Shown here: positions 16,849 through 26,553 of the stretch, piece after piece | Layout of the letters: each line of letters begins with the position of its first letter | Position numbering within the stretch: position 1 is the first letter of the stretch | From: a bacterium | GTDB taxonomy: Bacteria; Armatimonadota; Zipacnadia; Zipacnadales; Zipacnadaceae | DNA: 64,000 bases | Direction of reading: 5' to 3' | NCBI GenBank assembly: GCA_030603495.1 | Contig: JAUVXR010000001.1 | Location: 4,993-68,992, forward strand | Made by a program: the position numbers and the translations under genes | The notes under the pieces: generated by a model | Seen by the model: the letters and a program-made list of their open reading frames with translations, nothing else | Told to the model about the DNA's origin: nothing | The model's database searches: none

Positions 16849-17556
16849 ATGGTGCGGTTCGAATGTGATCTCGGTACGACCCTCGTGGTCTTTCTTGACG
16901 GATATTGCCAGGACGAACAGTTCTATCGTAGACTGCAGCTTCGCCCACTGCGAACAACCGAGTCAGGGCGCAGTCAGCTGGGGAAGGTGGCCACTCCACT
17001 CGTCACGAGGCGGATCTGGCAGGTCCTCCACACGCATGAGGCGCTCTCGGCAGAGAATCTCATCAGAATGTTCGCTGCCCTGGTCGAAGGGGCCCGCATC
17101 GCATACTGTCCCTACCAAGCCGCTGGGGCCGCTAAACGCGGCAGGCAAATGCCGGCTCAGGGACCATGCGCTTACGTGACCTTTGGCACAGGGCCTACTT
17201 ACAACTCGTTAACAAAGGGGTGGCGAAAGAGGCTATTCGAGGAGCAACTGCCGGTGGTCAGACGGGAGCACGCGAATGATCCTGAGGCGGACGGAGGCCG
17301 GTACGTTCAGAATCTTGTGATGGTACCCAAGATCGAGGAACTGTGCTGCGCTCAATACGACGAGTGTATGGCTAACTGGGAGGACATAACTCAATTCCGC
17401 AGCAAAGCGCATGACTCGTACACGCACTTGGACGGTCTTCTGGACGCCTGGAAATCGATTATTGAAGACCTAGTGCCGCTACACGAAGGCAACCCTCCGT
17501 ATGGCCGTTGGCTCAACCTGTGGAAGCGTCATTATCGGCCACGCGGTAGCGTATGA
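16849..17556 (+). CDS. hypothetical protein (235 aa)
   Basis: Only sizeable plus-strand ORF in this region. Its composition is protein-like and no motif was recognised. Its 3' end overlaps the 3' end of the converging TPR gene. Confidence 0.4.
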   Translation: MVRFECDLGTTLVVFLDGYCQDEQFYRRLQLRPLRTTESGRSQLGKVATPLVTRRIWQVLHTHEALSAENLIRMFAALVEGARIAYCPYQAAGAAKRGRQMPAQGPCAYVTFGTGPTYNSLTKGWRKRLFEEQLPVVRREHANDPEADGGRYVQNLVMVPKIEELCCAQYDECMANWEDITQFRSKAHDSYTHLDGLLDAWKSIIEDLVPLHEGNPPYGRWLNLWKRHYRPRGSV

Positions 17557-19333
17557 TGCAGAATTCTCGCTCACCACACCAACGGAAGTCTCCACTCTGG
17601 TCGAGATCTGGTATCAGCTGCTTTTCGTCCAAACCAGCATCTCGCAGAATCACCCTCAACCGACTTACGGTATGACGGATCTTGTCATCGAAGCCAACGT
17701 CAGCTTGGTACTCCTCGTCATAGACCTTATCGAACAGTGTCGCTTTCGCGATGGGCTTGCCTTTTGTCTTAACCAGGTGCTCCAAAGCTGCTAACGGCAG
17801 CGGTCGTCCCCGCAACTCGACGGGCTTGTTGTCCACACGATAGTCTTTCTCCGGTGCCACGTCTTTGATCCACACAAAGTAGTGTTCCGGCTTGTGATCG
17901 GTCAGAAAAGCTGTCAGCCCGTCTTCGGTCGCACTCTCTCGGGGACGGTCGTGGGTCTCAATGGTGTACTTCCGCGGCTTCTCGGGTTCTGAGACAACCT
18001 CGGCTCCTGGCGCTCGACGCTTCTTCTCGTCTGGAGGCAGTTTAGATTTCTCTGCCACCACTGCCGCCAGTTCCTCCAGAATCCTGAGCATCTCTCCATG
18101 AGCAGCCTCCGATACTTCCGTACCGGCATTCTGCCTCGCCAGTTCGTTTGCTTCCTCAGCCACTAGCAGCACGTCCTTGTCCCGTTCCGACAACTGGAGT
18201 GCCTTGGCCTTGCTCAAAAGGGCGCTTGCTGCCACAACCGAGTCTTCAGCCGCTTGGGCGGCGGCCAGTGCCTGCTCAGCTGTTGCCACTGCGTCTAGGT
18301 AGTGCTCCCGTTCAAATAGCGCATCGCAGATACTGAGGAGTGCGTTGGCTTCACCACGCTTGTAGTTGCCGGCTTGTGCTGTCTCCAGTGCCGCGCGGCC
18401 CGTTATTAGGGCCGCCTTGCCCCGACCCAGCATACGCAGAGCCCGGGACTTGCCGATAAGTATGACACTTCTGAGAACCTCGTCACCAGCAGCTTCCGCG
18501 GCTTGCAATGCCTGCTCAGCTGCTTCCAGTGCTCCGTGAAACAATTTTCGTATGCGCAGTGCTTGGGATTCGGCAAAAAGCGCCCAAGATTGACAATACT
18601 TGTCTTCCGTGGTTTTGTAGATCAACTGAGCATCCTTAGCTGATGTCAGGGCTCCATCATCGTCACCCATCACAACTAGCGCATAAGACTTCACAATGTG
18701 CGCAAAGCCTTGGGCTGGCTTATCTCCTGCAACCCGCCCGGCCTGTAATGCTTCCTCGGCCGCTTGCAAGGCTTCCTTGTGTCGATACAACATGCGCAGT
18801 GCGTCAGACTTGCTGGCGAGTGCTCTGACTTCGGCAAGCTTGTCTTCTGCAGTTCTGGCGGCTAGCACAGCATCTTCGGCCGCTGACAAAGCTGCAGCAT
18901 GATTTGGCAATCGGCGTCGAGCCTCCGAGCGTAGCCAACACGCCCACGAGGTGAGAACCATGTCACCGATGGCACGGGATTTCTCTTCCGCCGAACGGGC
19001 AAGCCTGATTACATCCTCCCATTCGTAGTTGGCCAAGAGAAATAGAGCCTCACTGAGAAGAGCCAGTGATGAGTTGGGGGCAGACTTCATGATCTCTTGA
19101 GCCTGAGCTTCGGCTTCGTCCCGCCTGCCTTGGTGCATTAGCAGTTCAATTCTACGCAGGAATTCGGCGTCCATTGATACCTCCTTCCCAAAGCGCCTGG
19201 ACATCGCTCTTACCCAAGGATCTTTCGCCTCGGAGGGCTGGTGGTCCTCCACTTGGCACGACGCAACTTCACACGGCTGGCCACGGTTGGCTCCCAGTCG
19301 GAGTGTGCCCAGTATCATAGAAGTTCCTTGCAT
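17513..19333 (-). CDS. helical-repeat (TPR-like) protein with C-terminal OmpR/PhoB-type winged-helix DNA-binding domain (trans_reg_C-like)
   Basis: The central roughly 350 aa are repetitive A/E/L-rich helical hairpins with recurring A-x-x-A-L-x-x-A-x-x-A-x-D motifs. The C-terminal segment YFVWIKD...VELRGRPLPLAALEHLV...TLFDKVYDEEYQADVGFDDKIRHTVSRLRVILRD matches the winged helix of OmpR-family or SARP regulators. The real start is probably the internal Met near 19170-19200. Confidence 0.6.
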   Translation of the reverse strand: MQGTSMILGTLRLGANRGQPCEVASCQVEDHQPSEAKDPWVRAMSRRFGKEVSMDAEFLRRIELLMHQGRRDEAEAQAQEIMKSAPNSSLALLSEALFLLANYEWEDVIRLARSAEEKSRAIGDMVLTSWACWLRSEARRRLPNHAAALSAAEDAVLAARTAEDKLAEVRALASKSDALRMLYRHKEALQAAEEALQAGRVAGDKPAQGFAHIVKSYALVVMGDDDGALTSAKDAQLIYKTTEDKYCQSWALFAESQALRIRKLFHGALEAAEQALQAAEAAGDEVLRSVILIGKSRALRMLGRGKAALITGRAALETAQAGNYKRGEANALLSICDALFEREHYLDAVATAEQALAAAQAAEDSVVAASALLSKAKALQLSERDKDVLLVAEEANELARQNAGTEVSEAAHGEMLRILEELAAVVAEKSKLPPDEKKRRAPGAEVVSEPEKPRKYTIETHDRPRESATEDGLTAFLTDHKPEHYFVWIKDVAPEKDYRVDNKPVELRGRPLPLAALEHLVKTKGKPIAKATLFDKVYDEEYQADVGFDDKIRHTVSRLRVILRDAGLDEKQLIPDLDQSGDFRWCGEREFCIIRYRVADNDASTG

Positions 19334-19391
19334 TTGGGACGGAACACTTACAGTACAACAATCTTAAACGGATGGTAAGTGTTAGCCCCAT

Positions 19392-20045
19392 ATGGGAGCA
19401 ACAACACGACACATCACCGCGAGAAGTACCTATACTGGTCCTACAAACGATAGGACGACAGCTGCAATTCTGACATTCGGCAAGCCCAAGCTGGCTTCGG
19501 AGATAGTATGTGACATTGCAGAGAGGCTGACACTTTCTGTGCCTCCCAAGCCAACTCCTATTCTCAAAGAGCTTGAGAAGCGAGAGATCACAAAGCGCCT
19601 TACACCCTCCCTTCCACGGGGTCGTCCGGGCACAGTCTATGGCCTGACTGCCAAGGGACGTGCGTTGCGTGCACATCTGTGCGAGGAACATGGGCTATCC
19701 AGTGTCTACCGCCAACTCATAATCAACTGGCACTGCTACGGCTGGGTGGCATGCGGGCGGCAGAAGAAAGCTATCATTTGCGCAATGAGTGACGAGGCAT
19801 TGACACCCAAGGAGATCCTGCAGGAGATCAAGAAGCGCTACCGGCCCAGGACGCAGGGAGCTGGCGCTGAGCCGATGGGGATAAGCAGGCAAAATCTCAA
19901 TGATATACTACAGAAAGCGATACAGAGAGAAATAGTGATCAGAGAAGAGGAACACAGAAAAAGAAGGAAGCGCAAGCCACTGGCGATGTACAGACTGAGC
20001 AAGACTGGACTGAAAATCAAGCAGCTGCTGACTAGCGCGGCTTAG
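19392..20045 (+). CDS. putative DNA-binding protein with two winged-helix-like repeats (217 aa)
   Basis: Two basic wing-like segments are present (RGRPGTVYGLTAKGRAL and RKPLAMYRLSKTGLKI). It converges on the integrase gene with a 14-nt 3' overlap. Function is inferred only from these patterns. Confidence 0.4.
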   Translation: MGATTRHITARSTYTGPTNDRTTAAILTFGKPKLASEIVCDIAERLTLSVPPKPTPILKELEKREITKRLTPSLPRGRPGTVYGLTAKGRALRAHLCEEHGLSSVYRQLIINWHCYGWVACGRQKKAIICAMSDEALTPKEILQEIKKRYRPRTQGAGAEPMGISRQNLNDILQKAIQREIVIREEEHRKRRKRKPLAMYRLSKTGLKIKQLLTSAA

Positions 20046-21327
20046 GCGCTCTTGCCTTGGGTAGTTCCGGCTGAACGATCCCTGCTTGTGCCAACTGAGA
20101 TCTTATCATCTTGGCAATGCGCTTGTTGCGGAATAGAAGATCCAGGATGGGATCGACTGCTTCCCGTTTCTTTAGTGTAGCCACGACCTTGTCCTGCTGT
20201 TCCTTGAGCAACGAAAGCGACTCCTGCAACTGCTGGTTGGCTTTCTTCAGCGCACCCATCTCATCACTCTTGACCAGTTCGGCCGTGCCTTCTTCACTTA
20301 TTCCTTCCCTGTCGATGTAACGCTGCGGCTGACTGCTGGCCATGCTCCAGCCATACCGATAGCAAAGCTGGTACTGGTTCAACTTGTGGCAGTAGTAGGT
20401 GGCTGAGCTGTGGCGTAAGATATGCGGCGTTACTTTCTTGTTCAGTACTTCTTTACCCAGCCTGCTAAGCAGCATGCGAAGGGCATTGTACGTCAAGGGA
20501 AACAACCTGGCCTCGGGGTTATTGCTTTCAGGATAAGCTTGCAGCCAGGCGTCCAGAGGCTCGGTGCACATCGCTAGACTGATAGTCCGGCCTTTGGTCT
20601 TGGAGTACTCCTTACGGATCCGCATCATGTAGTAGTCGTCTTTTCGGGTAAGGTCGCCGATCTTGATGCTGAGCAGTTCGGAAGCGCGGGCTCCGCTGTC
20701 GAAGAGCACCATAATCAGAGCCCGGTTTCTTACCGGGCAATGCGTTGCCAGCCGCTCGATCTCTTCTCTGGTCAGAGCGGGTATCTCTTTCATCTCGCTG
20801 AACGTGTCTATCCACTCGACCATTTCCGGATACCTGCGGTTATCACCGAGCAGCCACTTGTAGAATTTCTTAAGGGCCTTCTTGAAGTCCACTTTCGTCT
20901 CAGCCGCGAAGGGCTGGCCCCGCTTCGTCTGGTAGACATCCTTTTCCAGATTCCCTACTATCCTCTCGATGTCTGCCTGGTTAGCCTGGTCGAAGGCCTT
21001 GTCCAGCCACCCGGACAGCGTCTTGAGCACGGAGCTATACTTGAGTAGTCTGCTGGGCCCAATCTTCTTCTTAGCCCGGCCTTTGATGGTCTTGCCCAGT
21101 TCGCAGTCGGCCAGGAATTTGAGAATGAGCTGCTTGTTGCGGGCCAGGAGGCTGCGGTCGCTTCTTAGAGACTTGAGTTTCCTCTCGTAAGCTTCCCCCA
21201 ACCGATGGATGTCGATTGCCATGGAAAAGGCAGGCATCGCTACTATATAAACTTTTCCCTTCTTTAGCACAAAAAGTGGTAATGCCCCCAGCGAGAAGAC
21301 ATAGTTCTTGTTCGGTTTTGGGGGCAT
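20032..21327 (-). CDS. tyrosine site-specific recombinase/integrase (431 aa)
   Basis: The catalytic region has HILRHSSATYYC and downstream conserved Tyr. A SAM-like N-domain and typical integrase spacing are present. The N-terminal roughly 60 aa may be an extension. Confidence 0.75.
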   Translation of the reverse strand: MPPKPNKNYVFSLGALPLFVLKKGKVYIVAMPAFSMAIDIHRLGEAYERKLKSLRSDRSLLARNKQLILKFLADCELGKTIKGRAKKKIGPSRLLKYSSVLKTLSGWLDKAFDQANQADIERIVGNLEKDVYQTKRGQPFAAETKVDFKKALKKFYKWLLGDNRRYPEMVEWIDTFSEMKEIPALTREEIERLATHCPVRNRALIMVLFDSGARASELLSIKIGDLTRKDDYYMMRIRKEYSKTKGRTISLAMCTEPLDAWLQAYPESNNPEARLFPLTYNALRMLLSRLGKEVLNKKVTPHILRHSSATYYCHKLNQYQLCYRYGWSMASSQPQRYIDREGISEEGTAELVKSDEMGALKKANQQLQESLSLLKEQQDKVVATLKKREAVDPILDLLFRNKRIAKMIRSQLAQAGIVQPELPKARAPKPR

Positions 21328-22006
21328 TCGGGAGCTGGCGTCGCTTCATCGCTGATAAGCGGTATCATTTCCATTGGTGGGTGATCAATCCACCACTGAG
21401 CCAGCATGTCACTACAAAGCGGCCATCGGGACCAAAAAGACGGTATGTCGTAGTGGTGGCAGAAGCAGGAGGTAAGCGGCCTGGACTGGAGTCATCGGCG
21501 CGCAAGGTTTTCACGAACTTATTCACTGCCAGGGAAGCGTGCTCCACGGCTTCTTCATCATGATCGGCGAACACGGCGCCGTCAAAACGCATCACCTTCC
21601 GATCGAGCGCAATCCGTCCAATGATCTTGTATTTCATGAGTATAGAAAGAAACGCTAATATATAAAGCCTGCGGCTAGCGTCGTGTCGAGAGACCGCCGG
21701 CCTTCCTGCCGATGGAGACAACAGAACAAGTCGTGCTGGCAGCAGGAGAAGAAGGTTAGGCATCGCCAGTTGCACTGCGTGGTTCCTAGTGCTTGCTGCC
21801 CTGATCTTTGATTTTGGCCGCGGTGAGATACGATTCTAGGATCCGCAGCCACAGCGGCGGCTTCCCTTCGAGGTGGTCTGCGAGCTCGGAGGTGTCGGAG
21901 GCACGATCGCGTGGCTGTCGAGATGTTGACTCGGGCTCATCAGCTCCGCTAGGCGAGTAGGTTGACTGCGAATGCTTATCCTGGTACTTGTATGATTCTT
22001 CGTAGT

Positions 22007-22288
22007 TCATTTGTCGCTGCGATAGCCCTCGCTGGCGTCGTTGTTGGATCTGTCAGCACCGTATCTGCCGTGGTATCTATTGACACGAGCAGGTATGCCA
22101 TACTCAACGATATGGCTCAGCTTCATATCGATGTCTTTGATAATATCGGCGATTTGCAGAATCGCCTGCCTGCATTTTTGTTCGAGATCTGCCGCTGTCA
22201 TTTGACCGTATTCCCATTGCAGAGTGCCGACACATATATAGTTTGTACTGAATGGCAGTCTGGGGGCTGGGGCAGTAGGAGATACCAC
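22007..22288 (-). CDS. small hypothetical protein (93 aa) in a lower-GC pocket
   Basis: Protein-like composition (MTAADLEQKCRQAILQIADIIKDIDMKLSHIVEYGIPARV) in a locally AT-richer segment between the integrase and the vWA gene. No motif was recognised. Confidence 0.3.
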   Translation of the reverse strand: MVSPTAPAPRLPFSTNYICVGTLQWEYGQMTAADLEQKCRQAILQIADIIKDIDMKLSHIVEYGIPARVNRYHGRYGADRSNNDASEGYRSDK

Positions 22289-22324
22289 CGGGGGGAGATA
22301 CTGGGGAGGTGGTCGAGTGAGCGG

Positions 22325-23656
22325 TTAGCGTGACTGCCTGACGACCGCGGTGGCCTCGGCGATTTCGTCAAGGTCGGAGGTCGGCTCGCCGGAGCCGGAG
22401 GTGAAGTAGACGGCGAAGAGGCGCTTGCCGTTTTGGCGGATGCGCTGCTGGTTGGGGGAGCTCACACTGGAGTAGCCGTCGGTGAACACAACCCCGGCTT
22501 CGTAGTCCGAATCCAGCAGATGCTCGATGACTGCGTCGAAGCTGGTGGAATAGCCGGCATCGTAGCTACCCTCAGCAAACTGTTGAAGTGATATCTCCTT
22601 TACGCTGCCGGCAAAGGCGAAGGCCTGGGTGGGAAAGTGGTCCCTGAGCTCGTCGACCAGGAAGACCTCCAGCTCCTGAAACGGCTCCATGCTGGGTGAG
22701 GTATCCAGGTAGATAGCCAGCTTGGGGATGCTGTGAGAGGGCTGCTTGTTCCAGTACAGCGGGATAACTCCGCTTACGCCGCAGGCCATGTAGATAAGCC
22801 CCAACCGGCTCAGGTTATAGGGGTAGAGCTGCGGGCCGGAGCTGCCGTCGAGAGCGCGGATGATCTGCCCGGCGCCCTGCTCCAGCTGCTGGCGGACCGT
22901 AATCCGGCGCAGCAGGTCAGTTACCTGGGCGACATCACATACTTGCTTGCCCACCAGGATCGGGGAGAACAGCTCCGAGAGTTGCTGGCTGAAGCCGCCG
23001 CCGCGTGGCGCCTCTTCCATGAGTTTCTCGACAGTGCCTTTGGCTACTTCTTCAAGCTGGCCCCCTTGGCCGTTGCCAGTGCCTGCTCGCAGCACTATGT
23101 CACCGTCGCCGGTTCCCCAGAACGGCCAGACGATCAAGTCCACCGGCTCGGCGCAGAACAGCAGCTTGTAGTAGAGGGAAGTGGGCGAAGGGACCTCGTC
23201 TTCTTCCCATATCTGCTGCCAGAGGGTTCTGAGGTCGAGGTCGTCTATTTGGACGGGGCTGAGGTCGGGTCGGGCCAGCGCGACGATCCCGTCTGTGGTT
23301 TCCTGTGGATAGATCCGGCGGCACAGCGACTTCATCTCCTGTTCGTGGGCGAGGGCCAGCACCTTGTTGATCGCAATATCCAGCGCGATGTTGGCCAAAT
23401 CCTGGTCCTTGGCCCCGGCAATCTGCCGATAGCCGGCATAGTGGAGCATCTCGTGGGTCAAGATCAGCCGGATCTGCTCTACTTTGAATCTGAGCACCCG
23501 CGGGTTGACGAAGATGTAGTCCTGCTTGGTCCGGGTATCGTACCCCCAGCAGGCGATATTGGGCAGGTCACTTACCTGCACGAGGTGGGAAACCTCCAGC
23601 AGACTAATTCCCAACCCGGCGCAGGCCTGGGTTAGTTTGTGGTTGAGGCTTGTCAT
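22325..23656 (-). CDS. vWA-domain protein with N-terminal HExxH metallopeptidase-like domain (443 aa), the MoxR-partner vWA protein
   Basis: An HExxH motif is present in LILTHEMLHYAGY. The C-terminal vWA has the MIDAS motif IYLDTSPSM. Its start overlaps the stop of the upstream MoxR-type AAA+ gene by 4 nt (ATGA), the classic MoxR-vWA pairing. Confidence 0.75.
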   Translation of the reverse strand: MTSLNHKLTQACAGLGISLLEVSHLVQVSDLPNIACWGYDTRTKQDYIFVNPRVLRFKVEQIRLILTHEMLHYAGYRQIAGAKDQDLANIALDIAINKVLALAHEQEMKSLCRRIYPQETTDGIVALARPDLSPVQIDDLDLRTLWQQIWEEDEVPSPTSLYYKLLFCAEPVDLIVWPFWGTGDGDIVLRAGTGNGQGGQLEEVAKGTVEKLMEEAPRGGGFSQQLSELFSPILVGKQVCDVAQVTDLLRRITVRQQLEQGAGQIIRALDGSSGPQLYPYNLSRLGLIYMACGVSGVIPLYWNKQPSHSIPKLAIYLDTSPSMEPFQELEVFLVDELRDHFPTQAFAFAGSVKEISLQQFAEGSYDAGYSTSFDAVIEHLLDSDYEAGVVFTDGYSSVSSPNQQRIRQNGKRLFAVYFTSGSGEPTSDLDEIAEATAVVRQSR

Positions 23657-24996
23657 TGGAACTCTCCTTTCTCAATGAAGCTGATGACACGACTGTGATC
23701 CTCCGCCGCCTCGCTGAACAGGAATGCCAGTGTCTTTTGCGGCAGGGGGATGCTTTCTAGCAAAGCCAGGAAGCCTTTGACCTTGTCTTTCATCTCCACG
23801 TCCCTGCGGCTGTAGATGCAGCGGTCGGCGATCGTCGCCACGATGGCGGCCAGCCGGGCGATCAGGTAAAGTATGGTCTTACCCTCGGCCTGGCGCTGCT
23901 GCTCTTCGTGGCCTTCCATCGCCGCCAGCACTTGCCCCAACCGCCATACCTGGGGACTGTGCTCCGACAGCTGGCTTTGAAGCTTGGCCAGTAAGGTCTC
24001 CACTTCATCGTAGGGCAGCAGCTCGGCGATTTCCGCGGCCTTCTCTTCCAGGTAGGAAAGCAACTCCTCTGGCTCGCGCAGCTTGCCCAGCTCCAATCTT
24101 AACTTGTCCTCCGGCAACAGCGCCCCCAGCAGCAGCGGCTTGATATTCTCGTGGATCTGCAGCAGCAGCCCCGGCTCGATCTGCAGGGGGACGCTGAGGG
24201 TGTAGGTGAGGGCCATCTGGGCAGCTTTGTCTAAGTCACCGCCACCGCCGGCCCCCAGGGCCAGGATCTCTTCAGACAACTGCACCGCCTTGCGCGGGGA
24301 GACGTAGCAGTCGGTCTGCGAGAGCAGGATCTCCATGAAGTTGCCCACGTATTCAGCCACCGTCTCGACTACCTGGCTGGTAGCGAGCCTCTGGTGGTTG
24401 CTTCTGATCTCGTCCAGCCTCCGGCGGATGGCCTCGATGTCCGGCTCTGATTGACCGGCGGATAGGTTCATCCTGATTATGCGCTCGTAGACCTGCGCCG
24501 GCGTGCCCTGCTGCAGCTCGGGGACGGGCACCACCGCATAGAACCGATCCAGCAGCGCCTGGTCTAACTTGAAGGTGGAGGCGTAGCTCTCCGGGTTCAT
24601 GGTGGCGATGAAACACTCGTAGTGGAGCTCCTTGCCGAAGCAGGTCTTTTCTTCCAGAATCTCCAGCCACAGGTTTTGGTTCTCTTTGTTGGCCCGGGTC
24701 AGCTCGTCTACTACGATCACCCTGGCATCCCAGATGGTGCGGTCGTGGCGGGAAAACTCCAGCTTGCCCTGGGCCAGTTGTTCGGGGATGGGAATCCCGG
24801 CGATGGAGACCAGGTCATCCTTGGTGCAGTCGTAGAACCGGAAGCCGTCGCTGCCGTGGATGCGACTGAGCTGCTTGGCCACGGTGGTCTTGCACACGCC
24901 GTGCCGGCCCAGCAGTATGAACGGCTTGCGCAGAGCCACGTTAGCTAAGAACACCGGCTCGATACTATCCCAACCAGCTACAATCTCTTCTAACAT
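23653..24996 (-). CDS. MoxR-family AAA+ ATPase (447 aa)
   Basis: Walker A is LLGRHGVCKTT and Walker B is RVIVVDELTRANKENQNLWLEILEE, the characteristic MoxR/AAA_3-5 sensor arrangement. It is followed by a long helical C-terminal region and is operonic with the vWA gene. Confidence 0.8.
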   Translation of the reverse strand: MLEEIVAGWDSIEPVFLANVALRKPFILLGRHGVCKTTVAKQLSRIHGSDGFRFYDCTKDDLVSIAGIPIPEQLAQGKLEFSRHDRTIWDARVIVVDELTRANKENQNLWLEILEEKTCFGKELHYECFIATMNPESYASTFKLDQALLDRFYAVVPVPELQQGTPAQVYERIIRMNLSAGQSEPDIEAIRRRLDEIRSNHQRLATSQVVETVAEYVGNFMEILLSQTDCYVSPRKAVQLSEEILALGAGGGGDLDKAAQMALTYTLSVPLQIEPGLLLQIHENIKPLLLGALLPEDKLRLELGKLREPEELLSYLEEKAAEIAELLPYDEVETLLAKLQSQLSEHSPQVWRLGQVLAAMEGHEEQQRQAEGKTILYLIARLAAIVATIADRCIYSRRDVEMKDKVKGFLALLESIPLPQKTLAFLFSEAAEDHSRVISFIEKGEFQ

Positions 24997-25009
24997 TTTG
25001 AATCTCCTT

Positions 25010-26152
25010 TCAATGTAGTCTTACCAGGTCAAAAGATCTGGGCCCCGAGCTTATCTGCTGCCAGATTGCCAACAGCGCGTCGGTCGTTTGGCTCTCAGTG
25101 ACAGTGCAGATGAGGCAGTTGCCCAGGTACTCGATGCGCAGGTGCGCAGCTATCTTCTCGAACAGCTCCTGGTCGCAGGGTCGGCCCAGGTAGACGGGCT
25201 GATTGCCAAACCAGACCACCAACTTGCTGCCCAGGAGCTTCGTTACCAGCTGTAGGTCGCTTCTCTCGGCTAAGCCGGAGGCAAAGGTTTCGAACTTGCT
25301 GGCGCGGCGTCTACCGAAGTAGGCACTCAGCCACTCAATGTCGTTCTGGTAGCGGATGGGCTGGCGGCCCGGCACAAGCTCGGCTACACGCAGCGATTCG
25401 GAGTACGGATTCAGCTCGAAGGGCCCCGGCTCGTGCGCGCTCAGCTCTTCTATAGCCTGCCTTAGCTCTGTGTCACTGTCCGCCAGGTTGAGGAAGAGGT
25501 TCGAGCCATATCCTGTGGTGGTGTAGTCTGCCGGCTCAACCGTTCTGTCCTTGCCCAGGACCCAGAAGTGGTACTCCCCGCCGCCCGAAAGCGGCTGGTG
25601 GTAGAGCTGCGTGGTGGCGAAAGTGAGGTGGTACTCGCCACAGTCGGAGGCAAGCTGCTCCCTGCTCTTCAGGTATTCGGCCAGCTGCCCGGCAGCCGCC
25701 TCTACGATGTCCTGCTTGAAGACGACAAACAACAGATCGGGGTCGGCGGTAGCCTGGCTGAGCAGCTCGCGCTTGGTGGCCGTGCGCTTGACTTTGGTGG
25801 CCGAAGCTAGCTTGGCCAACAGCTCTTCGCGCCGGTAACGGCTGTTGAGCAGGGAGCCGACAGTGGAACGGCCGCCGGGCATCTTTGACAGCACGCGGCG
25901 GAACTCCGCTTCGGTGATCTCCTCGGCTGAGCTGTGCAGCAGTCGCGTCTGGGTCCGACAGTAACCGCCGTAGGTGTGCTTGCCCACGCTGGCCAGGAAG
26001 CGAATCACCTGGAGCAGGTCGGTGCAAGTGATCTGCTCTCTCAGTTCGTAGAGGTGGTCGCTGACTTGGGCTAGAGCCTTGATGTCTCGTACTAGCATGG
26101 TGCTTGCTCCTTTCGTGAAATGCGGAAAGCCCGCGCTGGTTGGTGACAGCAA
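25010..26152 (-). CDS. hypothetical protein (about 360-380 aa) between the HerA-like ATPase and the MoxR gene
   Basis: Long open frame with protein-like composition and no recognisable catalytic motif. The likely start is at the Met near 26098 (MLVRDIK). The alternative-frame ORF 25536-26225 is a GC artefact. Confidence 0.5.
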   Translation of the reverse strand: MLSPTSAGFPHFTKGASTMLVRDIKALAQVSDHLYELREQITCTDLLQVIRFLASVGKHTYGGYCRTQTRLLHSSAEEITEAEFRRVLSKMPGGRSTVGSLLNSRYRREELLAKLASATKVKRTATKRELLSQATADPDLLFVVFKQDIVEAAAGQLAEYLKSREQLASDCGEYHLTFATTQLYHQPLSGGGEYHFWVLGKDRTVEPADYTTTGYGSNLFLNLADSDTELRQAIEELSAHEPGPFELNPYSESLRVAELVPGRQPIRYQNDIEWLSAYFGRRRASKFETFASGLAERSDLQLVTKLLGSKLVVWFGNQPVYLGRPCDQELFEKIAAHLRIEYLGNCLICTVTESQTTDALLAIWQQISSGPRSFDLVRLH

Positions 26153-26290
26153 ACCAAATACGGGCCTCCGTCAGGCTGGGGTACGGCATGGTCATGGTGT
26201 CGTTGTCCGGCGGTTGCCGGATCATGCGCTCGAAGGCACGTTCGCTATAGGCATCACTCCTTTCTTGAAGTTTCTATCAACCAAACATAC

Positions 26291-26316
26291 AAAAAGACCA
26301 CGGAGAGTCCTCTCCT
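26291..26316 (-). terminator. weak candidate intrinsic terminator (short GC hairpin followed by a T-run on the minus strand)
   Basis: On the minus strand, a GGAGAG-GA-CTCTCC hairpin is followed by GTGGTCTTTTTGT. It lies about 240 nt downstream of the ATPase stop, in an AT-rich gap. The stem is only 5-6 bp, so support is weak. Confidence 0.2.
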
Positions 26317-26553
26317 TGGCCGAAACAGGCGAAATAGCCCCTTCCAGAAACAGCAGTTTCACACAGCAACAGCTAGCTCTTCACATTTTCACTTTATTGG
26401 TATACCTCTTTTGTTTTGCATCTGTATAGCGCAAACTCAGGCGCCAACAAGCTAATGGGCTGTGCCCATCTAATTATCTAAAATCAAATCAATATATGGT
26501 TGCTGGAGAAGAGGCTTTTGCCGTTTAAATAGTCTGTACCGAATGGGGCTGGA

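Noticed and set aside
16850-16875. tRNA-like GGTTCGAAT (T-loop-like) motif
   Set aside because: The flanking sequence cannot form a T-arm stem (gtgcg ... gtgat) or an acceptor stem, and it coincides with the start of a protein ORF. It is not a tRNA.
22733-23635. 300-aa plus-strand ORF antisense to the metallopeptidase-vWA gene
   Set aside because: Its translation is compositionally biased (L/A/G/R-rich), and the opposite strand carries HExxH and MIDAS motifs with operon coupling.
25536-26225. 229-aa minus-strand ORF overlapping the 380-aa gene in another frame
   Set aside because: Its translation is Arg/Pro/Gln-rich and low-complexity, and it is nested within a better-supported frame.
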